Origin: an uncultured Bacteroidota bacterium
GTDB lineage: Bacteria > Bacteroidota > Ignavibacteria > Kryptoniales > JAKASW01
Assembly (NCBI GenBank): GCA_963703215.1
Contig: OY969800.1
Location: forward strand, 3,151,297-3,215,296
DNA: 64,000 nt
Reading direction: 5' to 3'
A program made the translations under genes and the position numbers. Below the pieces are notes generated by a model. It did not search any database, was not told the DNA's origin, and saw nothing but the letters and a program-made list of their open reading frames with translations. Position 1 is the stretch's first letter, and each line of letters begins with the position of its first letter. Shown here piece after piece: positions 35,199 through 46,198 of this stretch.

Positions 35199-36196
35199 GC
35201 GTCATCGCAATAACAATTGGTGATTACAACGGGATTGGTCCTGAAGTCGCCTTGAAAGCTGCAGCAAGTCGAACGATCCGGGCGAATTGTACCCCACTAC
35301 TCATCGGCCCTTTCAAGGCATTCGAGTATTACGCGAACAAATTCTCCCTTCGACGGAAGATATTGAAAGTCGATTCTCTGACCGACGCTATCGGTAGAAC
35401 CGAGATCACTATCTTTGACATGTGCCCGGGTTTTCATGACAGGATAAAACCGGGAAAACTAACAAAGGAGAGCGGCCTCTGGGCTGGAAGGGCTATTGAA
35501 AATGCCGTCGAGCTTTGCGTTCAATATCAAGCGGATGCGATCGTCACCGCCCCTGTTTCCAAAGAAGCACTGCGACTTGCCGGTTACAGTTATCCCGGGC
35601 AGACTGAGATGGTGACGGTGCTGTCGAAATCAAGAAAGTCTATCATGGTGATGGCATCAGGGTTTGCGCGAATCGCCCTCGCCACGATTCACCTTCCGAT
35701 TTCCGAAGTTCCACGCGCCTTGACCAAGGAAGTCATTCGCGATCGATTGACTATTTTCAATGATTCCATCAGACAAGACTTCGGCGTCAAGTCGCCAAAG
35801 ATTGCTGTGCTTGGATTGAATCCACATGCAGGAGAAAACGGGTTGATAGGAAAAGAAGAGAATGAAATTATCAGGCCGGCAATTGAAGAAGCACGTTCAT
35901 CAAAGATAAATGCTATTGGCCCCTTTCCTGCAGATGCTTTCTTCGGAACTTATCGCGAGGGTAATTATGATGGCATATTGGCTATGTACCATGACCAGGG
36001 ATTGATTCCTTTGAAAATGCAGTCCTTCAGTACCGGGATAAACTTCACCGCCGGCATAAATATAATCAGGACTTCTCCGGATCATGGAACGGCATTCGAT
36101 ATCGCAGGCAAAGGGATCGCCAACCCATCCAGCACCATCGAGGCAATTAAACTTGCTCTTGAGATCTCGAAGAACAGAAAATTAGCGAGGGATTAA
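35195..36196 (+). CDS. pdxA: 4-hydroxythreonine-4-phosphate dehydrogenase
   Basis: ITIGDYNGIGPEV, LGLNPHAGENG, MYHDQGLIPLK, and IIRTSPDHGTAFDIAGKGIANP are PdxA signatures. Confidence 0.88.
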   Translation: MSVIAITIGDYNGIGPEVALKAAASRTIRANCTPLLIGPFKAFEYYANKFSLRRKILKVDSLTDAIGRTEITIFDMCPGFHDRIKPGKLTKESGLWAGRAIENAVELCVQYQADAIVTAPVSKEALRLAGYSYPGQTEMVTVLSKSRKSIMVMASGFARIALATIHLPISEVPRALTKEVIRDRLTIFNDSIRQDFGVKSPKIAVLGLNPHAGENGLIGKEENEIIRPAIEEARSSKINAIGPFPADAFFGTYREGNYDGILAMYHDQGLIPLKMQSFSTGINFTAGINIIRTSPDHGTAFDIAGKGIANPSSTIEAIKLALEISKNRKLARD

Positions 36197-36228
36197 TTTC
36201 AGAAATCAGCACAAGTCTGCGCCCCCAC

Positions 36229-37020
36229 ATGCGGCGGCCGGACCTCTTCAAGCTTGAGGCGGAGGCCGTTCCTCCTTACACAGAATCCGCGTCCATCTAC
36301 GACCACATGATGAAGGATGTCGACTACAAAAGATGGGCAAAGTACTTAATGCAGTTGATGCGGATTGCTTCCGTTGATACGAGGCGTTCGAACCTGAAAG
36401 GCAAGAAGCTTTGCGAACTCGGGAGCGGGACAGGTAATCTCGCATATTACCTGGCTAAATACGGTTTTGCAGTAACTGGTATCGATAGTTCCGCGCCAAT
36501 GCTCGACATCGCTCGATCAAAATCAGCCAGACAAAAGCATTGGAGACCGAATTTTATCAACCATGACATGGTAACGTACCGGTCGGAAATTCAATACGAA
36601 ATGATTGTCTGCGTTTACGACAGCATAAATTACATCCCGAATAGCCAAGACCTGGATTTGTTTTTCAGGAACGTTTTTCTTAATCTGAAATTCGCAGGAA
36701 TATTCATTTTCGACGCGAGTCTAGAACCTAATTCGATGAATGATCCAGAATTGTTTGTGCAACGTGGGAGGGTTAATAACACAATCTATCAGAGAAAATC
36801 GTGCTACGATCCGAAAACGAAGATCCACACGACGCAAATCAGAACCCGGAGAGACGGGAGAATCTTCGAGGAGATACACAAGGAATACGTTTATGGCCTC
36901 GATGCCCTGAGACGGACGGCGGCTAGCGCAGGCTTTGTTGAGAAATTTGCCGCGGGCGATTTCACACTCCTCGAAGCAAACAAAAATTCGGAAAGAGTCC
37001 ATTTCATTTTGAGCAAATAA
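36229..37020 (+). CDS. class I SAM-dependent methyltransferase
   Basis: Motif I reads LCELGSGTGNLAYYLAKYGFAVTGIDSSAPML. 263 aa. Confidence 0.75.
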   Translation: MRRPDLFKLEAEAVPPYTESASIYDHMMKDVDYKRWAKYLMQLMRIASVDTRRSNLKGKKLCELGSGTGNLAYYLAKYGFAVTGIDSSAPMLDIARSKSARQKHWRPNFINHDMVTYRSEIQYEMIVCVYDSINYIPNSQDLDLFFRNVFLNLKFAGIFIFDASLEPNSMNDPELFVQRGRVNNTIYQRKSCYDPKTKIHTTQIRTRRDGRIFEEIHKEYVYGLDALRRTAASAGFVEKFAAGDFTLLEANKNSERVHFILSK

Positions 37021-37023
37021 CAC

Positions 37024-37662
37024 ATGATAAAGTGTAACGACGTTTCTTTCGCCTACGACGACCATCTTATTTTCTCTGATGTTAACCTCTCAGTTGAAAA
37101 GGGAGAGTTTGTTTATGTCGTCGGCGAGACCGGATGTGGCAAGACCACTCTGATGCGGCTCCTATATATGGACCTTTTTCCGACATCGGGAGTCGTTACT
37201 GTCGATTCATTATCTTCTAAATCTATCAAACGAAGAAAGCTGTATCTTTTGAGACGTTGGATTGGAGCCATCTTCCAGGATTACAAACTTCTCGAGGACA
37301 GGTCAGTTTTCGATAATGTCACGTTTGTGCTGCACGCAGTCGGTTATCCCGCCCATGATATTAAAATGCAGGCAACAAAAGCGCTGACTCAAGTCGGGTT
37401 GATCCACAGGAAGAATTCGCAAATAAGCGAACTCTCTGGCGGCGAGCAGCAGAGACTTTCGATAGCACGCGCAATTGCAAAAGATCCCATTGCCGTTCTT
37501 GCAGACGAACCAACGGGGAATTTAGATCCAGCCACCACCGCCGACATTTTGACTCTCCTGAAAAAGATCAACCTGGGAGGAACCACGATTCTTCTTTCGA
37601 CGCACAACTATGAAGTGATAAGGAAATTTCCCGCAAGAACGATCTGTAATCAGGAATTATAA
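37024..37662 (+). CDS. ftsE: FtsE-like ABC ATPase (cell-division ATP-binding protein family)
   Basis: Walker A GETGCGKTT, signature LSGGEQQR, and Walker B VLADEPTGNLD. Size (212 aa) and N-terminal pattern match FtsE. No ftsX is adjacent. Confidence 0.6.
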   Translation: MIKCNDVSFAYDDHLIFSDVNLSVEKGEFVYVVGETGCGKTTLMRLLYMDLFPTSGVVTVDSLSSKSIKRRKLYLLRRWIGAIFQDYKLLEDRSVFDNVTFVLHAVGYPAHDIKMQATKALTQVGLIHRKNSQISELSGGEQQRLSIARAIAKDPIAVLADEPTGNLDPATTADILTLLKKINLGGTTILLSTHNYEVIRKFPARTICNQEL

Positions 37663-37786
37663 ATGCGAAGAGCTGGATCCACTTTCGCTCCAGACATTCC
37701 CCCTTCAAAGTCCGGGGACTTAGATTGAAATTCTAAACTCTAACTCGCAATAACGTGGCACATGAATGCCGTGACGTTTTAGACGA

Positions 37787-38032
37787 CTAATTAACCGCGA
37801 GTTCTACTCTCTTTACTTCGTTGATTTTCAGCAATACCGCCCTCTCGACGCCCGCCCGCAATGTCATAGGCCTGAGGGGACATATGGCACAAGATCCCAC
37901 GAATCTTACCCTTAGGATTCCGTCCTCCTCAAGTTGAACGAACTCGATGCCACCCTTGTCGAGCTCCAAGAACTTATTCGCTTCAGACAGAACGTCCTTT
38001 ATGCGACCCGCGACTTCTTGAACAGATCCCAA
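37787..38032 (-). CDS. NifU-like Fe-S cluster domain protein
   Basis: 81 aa. DKGGIEFVQLEEDGILRVRFVGSCAICPLRPMTLRAGVERAV is the NifU C-terminal domain pattern with CxxC. Confidence 0.75.
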   Translation of the reverse strand: MGSVQEVAGRIKDVLSEANKFLELDKGGIEFVQLEEDGILRVRFVGSCAICPLRPMTLRAGVERAVLLKINEVKRVELAVN

Positions 38033-38068
38033 AATCTCAAAGCTCCTTCATTTTATCTATCAATTTCA

Positions 38069-39157
38069 TCATAGAGCAATTTCAATTTTCTGCTTAGCTT
38101 GAATTGAAAGATCCGTGATACTCACCTGTGCGGCAAGTCGTCGCGCAATCGATTGGATTATTTGTGCTTGTTCTGATTCGGGTTCCATCAAGACAATTGG
38201 TCTGCCGGTATCTCCACCAATTCTAATCGGAGTATAAATGGGAATTTCACCCAAAAAGGGGACACCGAAATTAGCCGCGGTCTTCTTTCCGCCCCCGTTG
38301 CTGAAAATTTCTTCCCGATGGCCGCAATGTGAGCAGACGTAATAGCTCATGTTTTCGACCACCCCTAAGATTGGAACGTTGACTTTCTGGAACATCCTCA
38401 CACCACGCCTCACATCAGCCAGAGAAACATCTTGTGGAGTCGTGACAATCACAGCTCCCGTCAGCGGAATTGTCTGCACGAGAGTCAGCTGGACATCGCC
38501 GGTCCCGGGCGGCAAATCGAAGATCATATAATCCAGATCGTCCCAAATCACATCGGTAAGAAATTGCTTCACCGCACCACTTGCCATCGGACCTCGCCAG
38601 ATCATAGGAGTTTCTGTATCGACCAGAAAACCGATCGACATCATCTTTATTCCGAATTTCTCGACGGGATGAATCTTAAACCGCTTATCATCTATCCTTT
38701 CAGTCTCCGGCTTCTCTGTCACGCCGAGCATCAGAGGCAGCGAAGGGCCATAGACATCTGCATCAACGATACCAACTTTCGCTCCATCCTTGGCAAGTGC
38801 CGCCGCCAGATTTACCGCTACCGTAGATTTACCAACTCCTCCCTTTCCGCTCGCCACCGCAATCGTGTTTTTAACTCCGGGGAGTATTTGCTCCCTGACC
38901 TGATTTGCATGGCTCACGACTTGGCTTGTCATCGAGACATTGATGGCCCCCTTGAAACCAAGTTTTCTAATTTCTTCTGTCGCTTGAATCTTCATTTCAT
39001 CGCGAACAGGACATGCGGGAGTCGTCAGTTGAATCTCAACGTCAACCTTTTTGTCGTCGACATCAACTTTCTTGATAAACCCCAAAGAAACTATGTCTCT
39101 ATGAAGATCAGGATCTTCTATATTCTTAAGTCCAGACAATATTTCGTCGCGCGTCAT
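38069..39157 (-). CDS. Mrp/NBP35 (ApbC) family iron-sulfur cluster carrier ATPase
   Basis: N-terminal DUF59-like region, deviant Walker A VASGKGGVGKST, and the CSHCGH motif. Confidence 0.88.
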   Translation of the reverse strand: MTRDEILSGLKNIEDPDLHRDIVSLGFIKKVDVDDKKVDVEIQLTTPACPVRDEMKIQATEEIRKLGFKGAINVSMTSQVVSHANQVREQILPGVKNTIAVASGKGGVGKSTVAVNLAAALAKDGAKVGIVDADVYGPSLPLMLGVTEKPETERIDDKRFKIHPVEKFGIKMMSIGFLVDTETPMIWRGPMASGAVKQFLTDVIWDDLDYMIFDLPPGTGDVQLTLVQTIPLTGAVIVTTPQDVSLADVRRGVRMFQKVNVPILGVVENMSYYVCSHCGHREEIFSNGGGKKTAANFGVPFLGEIPIYTPIRIGGDTGRPIVLMEPESEQAQIIQSIARRLAAQVSITDLSIQAKQKIEIAL

Positions 39158-39230
39158 TAATTTCTCCGTTAAGCGAACATAAATTTAGTTGTTATTACCT
39201 ATTATTTCAATCTGGCTAGTCCGTGTACCA

Positions 39231-40374
39231 CTATACTTTGATAATATTCCTTGCGATCACCATTTTTTGGACCTCGCTGGTTCCCTCTCCTATTGTCAGC
39301 AACTTAACGTCGCGGTAAAGTTTTTCCACCGGGAAATCTTTCAGGAACCCGTACCCTCCGTGGATCTGAACTGCCTCCTCGGCAGCCTTGACCGCAACTT
39401 CACTTGCGTAATATTTTGCCGTCGCCGAAGCCAATTGAATACCTTTATCCCGATCTTTTAGAAAGGCAGCCTTCTGTGTAAGCAGCCTTGCCGCTTCGAT
39501 CTTCACCGCCATCTCGGAAATCTTCCATTGGATCGCCTGAAACTCTCCCAGCGGTTTGCCAAACTGAATACGTTCTCTCGCATATTTCACGCTCGCATCG
39601 AGCGCTCCTTGCGCGACACCAACGGCGAGCGCCGCCATTCCAATACGACCGGCATCCAATATTTTAAGGGCTTGTTTTAACCCTTCGCCTTCAGCTCCTA
39701 TGAGATTCTCTTTAGGAATTGACGCGTTTTCAAAAATTAATGTCGAGGTGTCGCTTGCCCGCATTCCTAACTTATTTTCTTTCTTCCCCGCGTAGAATCC
39801 TTTTGTTCCTTTCTCCACAATAAAGGCACTGATGCCCTTCTTCCCTTTCTCCGGATCGGTCAGAGCCATGATGACGGCAATTTCTCCAACCGTACCATGG
39901 GTCGTAAACTGCTTTGTTCCATTTAGGACAAAACATTCTCCGTCCTTGCGAGGCTGTGGTACGTAATGAACCAGAGTCACTGCCACTTGTCGGCTCCGTC
40001 AAGCCCCACGCTCCAATTTTTCGGCCAGAGGTTAATTCAGGCAAATATTTTTGCCTAAGCTCCTCGCTTGCAAAATTGTAGATGTGGCTGGTGCAGAGCC
40101 CATTGTGCGCTGCGACCGACAACGCGACCGAAGGATCAACTCTCGCAATCTCTTCGACCATGATGCAATAATCGACGTAGGTCAGACCTGCTCCGCCGTA
40201 TTTTTCGGGAAATGTGACTCCCATGAAACCGAGCTCGCCCAACTTCTGCATGATTTCAAATGGAAACTCTTGCGATTCGTCGTATCTCATCACGACCGGC
40301 TTTATTTCCATCTCGGCAAATTCCCTCGCAAGCTGGCGCACCTGTTCATTTTCTGGTGTGAACCGGTTGTCCAT
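39231..40374 (-). pseudogene. acyl-CoA dehydrogenase split by a frameshift near 39952 (pseudogene or sequencing error)
   Basis: The N-terminal ORF (39772..40374) is ACAD-like up to ...AWGLTEPTSGSDSGSLRTTA and then degenerates. The C-terminal ORF (39231..39986) resumes RKDGECFVLNGTKQFTTHG... to the end. Removing one base at about 39952 gives LRTTARKDGECFVLNG in a single frame. Confidence 0.8.
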
Positions 40375-40425
40375 TGCTCCCTTCTCCGTACGTTTAGTGC
40401 CTCAACCTTTTGGGCCGAAGCAATT

Positions 40426-41424
40426 TCATCTTTGGAAAGATTTTCCCAACAGATCTTTTGCGAGCTGATACGCCGACAGCTTGTGCAACATGACAAGCTC
40501 CAGCTTACCATTCAGTTCTGAAAGACGATCATCGGTCCAGAGGAGATCGTAAAGACTTTGATTGACTATTTCAACAATCAACTTTCGAATTCTCTCCTTT
40601 CGCATTGCAAGGAGACGATCCGCCAGCTTGAGATAATCATGGTGTCTCTCGATTCCTTTCGCAATTTCATCGATTCCTCTGTTTTCGCTCGCCACTGTCT
40701 TAACAATAAATGGCTGCCATCCGTTCTCAGATTTGCTCTGACTCGAAGAAATCCAATTTGAATCCGCCGTATTATACTTTGGCTCTCGCATGGAAAGCAT
40801 AGTCGTAATGGCACTAATTGATTGATCCGCCCCTGCTCGGTCCGCTTTATTTAAGACAAAAAAATCTGCTATCTCCATCAATCCGGCCTTCATTGCCTGG
40901 ATTGAGTCACCCGATTCCGGAGTTACGACAACAATCGTTGTGTCGGCTGCCTCTGCAATATCAAGTTCCGATTGACCGACACCGACCGTCTCAAGCAATA
41001 CAAAGTCATAGCCCGCCGCGTCGAGAATATCTGCGGCTTGCTGGGTCGTCCTGCTCAATCCGCCCAAGCTGCCGCGAGTTGCCATGCTTCTTATGAAGAT
41101 TCCATCACGCAAGCTAAGCTCCATCATTCTGACTCGGTCGCCAAGCAAAGCGCCACCGGTGTAAGGGCTTGTCGGATCAACCGCAATAATTCCGACCTTC
41201 TTGTTCTCATCGTTGAGCAATTTGGCAAGTTTGCTGACGATAGTGCTCTTTCCTGCGCCAGGCGGACCAGTTATTCCGACTCGATAAGCATGTCCGAGCC
41301 GATCATGGATCTTTTCAAGCAACTCTAAAGATGAATCGTCCTGGTTTTCCACGATGGAAATTGCATGCGCGACCGTCCCCTTTTGAGCAGAGAACAGATT
41401 TTGAAGAAAGGCAGCGTCAACCAT
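40426..41424 (-). CDS. meaB: methylmalonyl-CoA mutase-associated GTPase MeaB (ArgK family)
   Basis: GITGPPGAGKST, AVDPTSPYTGGALLGDRVRM, FIRSMATRGSLGG, ETVGVGQSE, and NKAD. Confidence 0.88.
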   Translation of the reverse strand: MVDAAFLQNLFSAQKGTVAHAISIVENQDDSSLELLEKIHDRLGHAYRVGITGPPGAGKSTIVSKLAKLLNDENKKVGIIAVDPTSPYTGGALLGDRVRMMELSLRDGIFIRSMATRGSLGGLSRTTQQAADILDAAGYDFVLLETVGVGQSELDIAEAADTTIVVVTPESGDSIQAMKAGLMEIADFFVLNKADRAGADQSISAITTMLSMREPKYNTADSNWISSSQSKSENGWQPFIVKTVASENRGIDEIAKGIERHHDYLKLADRLLAMRKERIRKLIVEIVNQSLYDLLWTDDRLSELNGKLELVMLHKLSAYQLAKDLLGKSFQR

Positions 41425-42395
41425 TAATCAGAGTAGCCGTCCGGAAATTTTTTGTGCCATGCCCAAGCTGTGGCCACGATGTCGTCAAGCTTTGCATATT
41501 TTGGTTTCCAACTCAATTCACGGATTGCCTTTTCTGCCGATGCAACCAACCGCGGCGGGTCACCTTCTCTTCGTGGTTTTTCTATGGTAGGAATTTTTTT
41601 GCCGGTAATCTTCTCACACGCCTGAACGACTTGAAAAACGGAATATCCGTCGCCGGTTCCGAGATTATAAAAGCCCTTCTTGCCTCCCTCAAGACCAAGC
41701 ATGTGAGCCTTAGCGAGGTCAACGATATGAATATAATCGCGAATGCAAGTTCCATCAGGTGTCGGATAATCTGTACCGAAAACTTCAAGATGCGATTTCT
41801 GCCCGAGAATTACCTTTAACACGTTCGGGATCAGATGTGTTTCAACACGATGATGCTCACCATAATTCTCAGTGGCTCCGGCAGCATTGAAATATCTAAA
41901 TGCGATGAATTCAAGTCCGTAAACCCGGCTGTACCACTGAAGGATCTTTTCGAACATCAGCTTCGATTCACCGTAGGGGTTGATTGGACGCTGTGGCAGA
42001 TCTTCGGTGATCGGCATGCGGTCAGGCGGCCCGTAGGTTGCACAAGTCGAGCTGAAGACAAATTTCTTCACACCACATTCCACTGCCGCGTCCAGGAGCT
42101 TGATGCCGTCCACTACATTATTGTGGAAATACTTCTTAGGATTTGTCATCGACTCACTGACCAATGCACTTGCAGCAAAGTGCATAATGGCATCTGGCTG
42201 AAAAGATTTGACAGCATCCAGAATGTTGCCGTCCTCTTCAGGTTTCCCAAAAATAAAACGGGCCCGCGGATCAACCGCGGAACGATGTCCTTCTGATAGA
42301 TTATCGTATACAACAACCTGATGTCCGGCGTTCAATATTTCCTCCGTGCAAATTGAACCGATGTATCCAGCGCCGCCGGTGACCAGTATTTTCAT
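41424..42395 (-). CDS. galE: UDP-glucose 4-epimerase
   Basis: MKILVTGGAGYIGS, the YGESK catalytic motif, and a typical GalE length of 323 aa. Confidence 0.85.
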   Translation of the reverse strand: MKILVTGGAGYIGSICTEEILNAGHQVVVYDNLSEGHRSAVDPRARFIFGKPEEDGNILDAVKSFQPDAIMHFAASALVSESMTNPKKYFHNNVVDGIKLLDAAVECGVKKFVFSSTCATYGPPDRMPITEDLPQRPINPYGESKLMFEKILQWYSRVYGLEFIAFRYFNAAGATENYGEHHRVETHLIPNVLKVILGQKSHLEVFGTDYPTPDGTCIRDYIHIVDLAKAHMLGLEGGKKGFYNLGTGDGYSVFQVVQACEKITGKKIPTIEKPRREGDPPRLVASAEKAIRELSWKPKYAKLDDIVATAWAWHKKFPDGYSD

Positions 42396-43690
42396 TTTGC
42401 GATCTTTTCCTTTTTCTCAAACTCAATGGCACTCTTTCCTATATCATGTCTGTAATAAATTCCCTCGAACTGGATCCCTTTCAATCGCGTGTAAGCTAAA
42501 TCTGCGGCTATAGAAACTCTACCTCCTCTGTCTGTCGCCGCAATGCCGAGGACTCTTCCGCCATTCGTCGCGTACTTTCCATTCGACAGCATTGAACCCG
42601 AGTGAAATATCTTTGTCCCGCTCACCTTCTTCTCCAAGCCTGTTATGATTTTCCCTTTCTCATATTCGTCCGGATATCCCTTCGATGCGGCAATTACGCA
42701 CACCGACGCGGAGTTATTAATCTTGAGCTGGTAAGACCGGATTCGTTTGGTCGCCGCAAAATATAACAGGTCAAGAAAAGACGAATCGATGAGCTGAAGA
42801 ACAGCCTGGGTCTCTGGATCGCCAAACCTCGCGTTGAATTCGACTACCTTCGGACCTTCTTTCGTCAGCATCAGACCACAATACAAGCATCCAGTATATG
42901 GAAATCCTTCTTCAGAAGTTCCCTGAATAACTTTTTCAATTATTTCTTTCCTCACAAATCGCATCGTGGCATCATCGACAAAGGGCGTTGGTGCAAATGA
43001 TCCCATGCCGCCGGTATTTTTGCCCGTATCACCGTCGCCAATCCGTTTATGATCCTGTGCAGCAGGAAGAACCACGTAATCCGTCCCGTCAGTCACCGCG
43101 AAGATGGATGCTTCAATCCCTGTCATAAATTCCTCGACGACAATCCTATCACCTGCCTCGCCGAAAATCCTTTTTACGAAGAATTTTTCAACTTCTTCTT
43201 CTGCTTCTTTGACAGAGCCCACTATTGAAACGCCTTTTCCTGCAGCAAGACCATCCGCTTTCAACACCAAGGGGTATTTTCGCTTGGAGAGATAGCTCGA
43301 TAACTCTTTTCGGTCTCGGCTTGAAAACGCTTTGGACTCCGCGGCAGGGATTTTCCACCTCCTCATAAATTCTTTTGAAAAAACTTTGCTTGTCTCAAGT
43401 CTTGCCGCGAGCCGGCGCGGCCCGAAGATTACTCTCTTGTGCTCCTGAAAGGCGTCCACCATTCCTGCGGCAAGCGGTTGTTCCGGACCAACAACCGTAA
43501 GGTCAATCTTATTATCGCGAACAAACTTAAACAAACTTGCGATATTGTCAGCCTTTAGCTCGACTATTTCCGCCTGCTCCCCTATACCTGCATTCCCGGG
43601 GGCACAATAGATTTGCGCATCTTTGTCACGAGCGATTGAATCAACAATGGCGTGCTCGCGTCCTCCACTTCCCACGACGAGTACTTTCAC
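42392..43690 (-). CDS. purD: phosphoribosylamine--glycine ligase
   Basis: MKVLVVGSGGREHA..., an ATP-grasp core, and ...NARFGDPETQ. 432 aa. Confidence 0.92.
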   Translation of the reverse strand: MKVLVVGSGGREHAIVDSIARDKDAQIYCAPGNAGIGEQAEIVELKADNIASLFKFVRDNKIDLTVVGPEQPLAAGMVDAFQEHKRVIFGPRRLAARLETSKVFSKEFMRRWKIPAAESKAFSSRDRKELSSYLSKRKYPLVLKADGLAAGKGVSIVGSVKEAEEEVEKFFVKRIFGEAGDRIVVEEFMTGIEASIFAVTDGTDYVVLPAAQDHKRIGDGDTGKNTGGMGSFAPTPFVDDATMRFVRKEIIEKVIQGTSEEGFPYTGCLYCGLMLTKEGPKVVEFNARFGDPETQAVLQLIDSSFLDLLYFAATKRIRSYQLKINNSASVCVIAASKGYPDEYEKGKIITGLEKKVSGTKIFHSGSMLSNGKYATNGGRVLGIAATDRGGRVSIAADLAYTRLKGIQFEGIYYRHDIGKSAIEFEKKEKIAK

Positions 43691-45003
43691 CTTTCCACTC
43701 CTACTTTGACGTATGAACCTCTATAATCGAGTTGAAACGCCAACTCCCGCGCGAGCTCTCCTGCCAATCTCACGCGATCGAATGCCTGTGCAAACTCGAG
43801 TGGAATTTCAGAAAGCTGCTTCTTCTCCCAAAGGCCGTAGTATTCGAGAATTGCATTCTTTATTCCGGCGACGTCGTCTGGGTTCAAAACTTTACCAGCA
43901 CCAGATTCAATTATCGTCGACTTCGCGATTCCGTCAGGCACAAGACCGAGAATTGGTTTCCTGCTTCCGATATATTCAAAAAGTTTTCCCGTAGAGATTT
44001 GGTCTTCGCCCTTACCATTTCCAATTGTCAACCATAAAACATCGCTTGTCATTAAATATCTGACTGTGGATCTATGATCAAGATAGCCAAAAACCTTAAC
44101 GACATCAGTCAATCCAAGCGACTCGATCATCGCAAGATTTTCTTTTCTAAAAGTGCCAATAAAAATGCTCTCGATCTTCTTCTTGAGGTTCGGGTGCTCC
44201 TTTAGAACCTCAGATAATGCTCGCAGGAAATATTTTGGTGTCCTATTTCGATAAAATGTTCCAGCGTAGGTAAATCTCATTTTCTTGGAGTATGGCAGCT
44301 TGAATGTGTCATCGATTCGATAGTCGTCAGGATCATAGCCTTGCGGGATTATTGCAATGTCGTTGTAAGTGAGAAACCTATATCGACGGAGCATCAGCTC
44401 TTTTATTCTTCGATTGATCGTTATGATCCGGTTAGAAGTTTTTAAGACTTTTTTTTCGAGTCTCTGATGCATCATTCTATGGAAAGGCGTGATATACAAA
44501 TGCAGCGGGTTATCCACCCACGCATCGCGATAGTCAATCACCAGAGGAATCTTGAACTCTTTCGACAACGCTGTTCCAATAAGATGGCACGTGTAAGGCG
44601 GCGCCGTTGAGAAGATCACGTTAAACTCTTCTTCTTGCAAAAGCTTCCTCCCGGCCCTGATCGCGTCATGTTTCCAGCCGACTTTATTGTCTGGAACAAA
44701 AATCGCCTGACTTATTCCACTCAGAAAAGTCCGCAATTTCTCATGCGGCATCTTTACCGGCTTTCCACTTTCGAAGAGTCGCGTAGGGTCGAGAGAATTT
44801 GTCCTAATAGTGCGAATGTTGCTCTCAATGAGTTCACGAAGCATTCCATAATCAAGCGCGTAGTATGCTGTCGGAGTCACTGTCAAAACCGTCGGTTCCC
44901 ATCCGTGATCCGGAAGATACTTAACAAATTTGAGCGCTCTCTGAACTCCGCTTAATCCCATCGGCGGGAAGTAATAAGCGATAACCAGAACCTTATTTAT
45001 CAT
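43687..45003 (-). CDS. glycosyltransferase (GT-B fold, group 1-like)
   Basis: The N-terminus VLVIAYYFPPMGLSGVQRALKFVKYL and the C-terminal region LFEYIGSRKPILGL resemble GT4-like enzymes. The assignment is from pattern only. Confidence 0.55.
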   Translation of the reverse strand: MINKVLVIAYYFPPMGLSGVQRALKFVKYLPDHGWEPTVLTVTPTAYYALDYGMLRELIESNIRTIRTNSLDPTRLFESGKPVKMPHEKLRTFLSGISQAIFVPDNKVGWKHDAIRAGRKLLQEEEFNVIFSTAPPYTCHLIGTALSKEFKIPLVIDYRDAWVDNPLHLYITPFHRMMHQRLEKKVLKTSNRIITINRRIKELMLRRYRFLTYNDIAIIPQGYDPDDYRIDDTFKLPYSKKMRFTYAGTFYRNRTPKYFLRALSEVLKEHPNLKKKIESIFIGTFRKENLAMIESLGLTDVVKVFGYLDHRSTVRYLMTSDVLWLTIGNGKGEDQISTGKLFEYIGSRKPILGLVPDGIAKSTIIESGAGKVLNPDDVAGIKNAILEYYGLWEKKQLSEIPLEFAQAFDRVRLAGELARELAFQLDYRGSYVKVGVER

Positions 45004-45052
45004 TCATTCAAAATCCTTCTGCTGCAATCAAACTATTCGCTGCTCTCTGGAA

Positions 45053-46198
45053 CTAATGACTGTTGAAGGGTGAAACATAATAATCACTATCTTTTGAAAA
45101 ATGAGAGAGCTGTTCTACTCCATCCTTTGTCACAAGAAAATCGTCTTCAATTCTGACTCCACCAACCTTCGGAATATAAATTCCGGGCTCGATCGTAATA
45201 ACGTTACCTTCTTCGAGCACGTCTTCACTAAGTTTTGATATACGCGGCAGTTCGTGGATTCTAAGTCCAAGCCCGTGGCCCAAGCCATGTCCAAAATATT
45301 TACCGTAACCTTTCTTGTCAATATAGGACCTCGCAGCTCGATCAACCTTCTTTGCATCGACGCCGGGACGTGCGGCTTCAATTCCTTTTCTCTGTGCATC
45401 AAAGACTATTTGATAAATTCTTTCGACCGTTTTCTTAACCCTGGGTCCAGTCTGGAAAGTCCTTGTAATGTCCGAGGCATATCCATCATAGAAGCAGCCG
45501 AAATCAATTGTGACAAATTCGTTTTCATCGACCACTCTCTCGGATGCTACACCATGCGGCAGGGAGCCTCGCACACCACCTGCAACAATCGTATCAAAAG
45601 ATTCCTTCGATGCACCCAGAATCTTCTGATTAAATTCAAGCGTGGCAGACAGATCCTTTTCTCTTTTCCCGATCCAACTCTCCCGGACAAGCAGGTCAAG
45701 AGCAGTTCCACTTATCGAACATGCACTCTTGATTCTCTCCACCTCCGGTTTCGATTTGACCGCCGCAAGTTTTTCGATCACCTGGTCGGTCTTCACGAGT
45801 TTGATGTGCGTCAATATCTCGCCAAGTTTTGTGTACGCATCAATAGAAAGGCTATTCTCAACTCCAATAGAAAATCCTTTACCATTCCTTCTTTTGAAGA
45901 ATGTTTTGGCGATGTAATCGAACAGTTTCCCGGAAAAAATACCGATCTCGCAACTTCTCACTTCCTCTCTTGCTTGAGTCTTGTAGCGGAAATCAGTCAA
46001 AAAATACGCACAGTCTGAAAATATTAGGCACACTCCAGATGTGCCGCTGAATGTGGTAAGATATTTAACGTTGGAAAGATCGGCAACAAAAAACGCGTCA
46101 AGATTATTCTTTCGGATGTATCTCTGCAGTTCCTTGACAGACTCCAACGAGCTTTTCTGCAGGCTTGCACCAATCAATGAGTTGTCAGAATTCGTCAT
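45053..46198 (-). CDS. M24-family Xaa-Pro aminopeptidase
   Basis: The metal-ligand regions [30 protein letters not shown], and [19 protein letters not shown] are present. Confidence 0.85.
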   Translation of the reverse strand: MTNSDNSLIGASLQKSSLESVKELQRYIRKNNLDAFFVADLSNVKYLTTFSGTSGVCLIFSDCAYFLTDFRYKTQAREEVRSCEIGIFSGKLFDYIAKTFFKRRNGKGFSIGVENSLSIDAYTKLGEILTHIKLVKTDQVIEKLAAVKSKPEVERIKSACSISGTALDLLVRESWIGKREKDLSATLEFNQKILGASKESFDTIVAGGVRGSLPHGVASERVVDENEFVTIDFGCFYDGYASDITRTFQTGPRVKKTVERIYQIVFDAQRKGIEAARPGVDAKKVDRAARSYIDKKGYGKYFGHGLGHGLGLRIHELPRISKLSEDVLEEGNVITIEPGIYIPKVGGVRIEDDFLVTKDGVEQLSHFSKDSDYYVSPFNSH

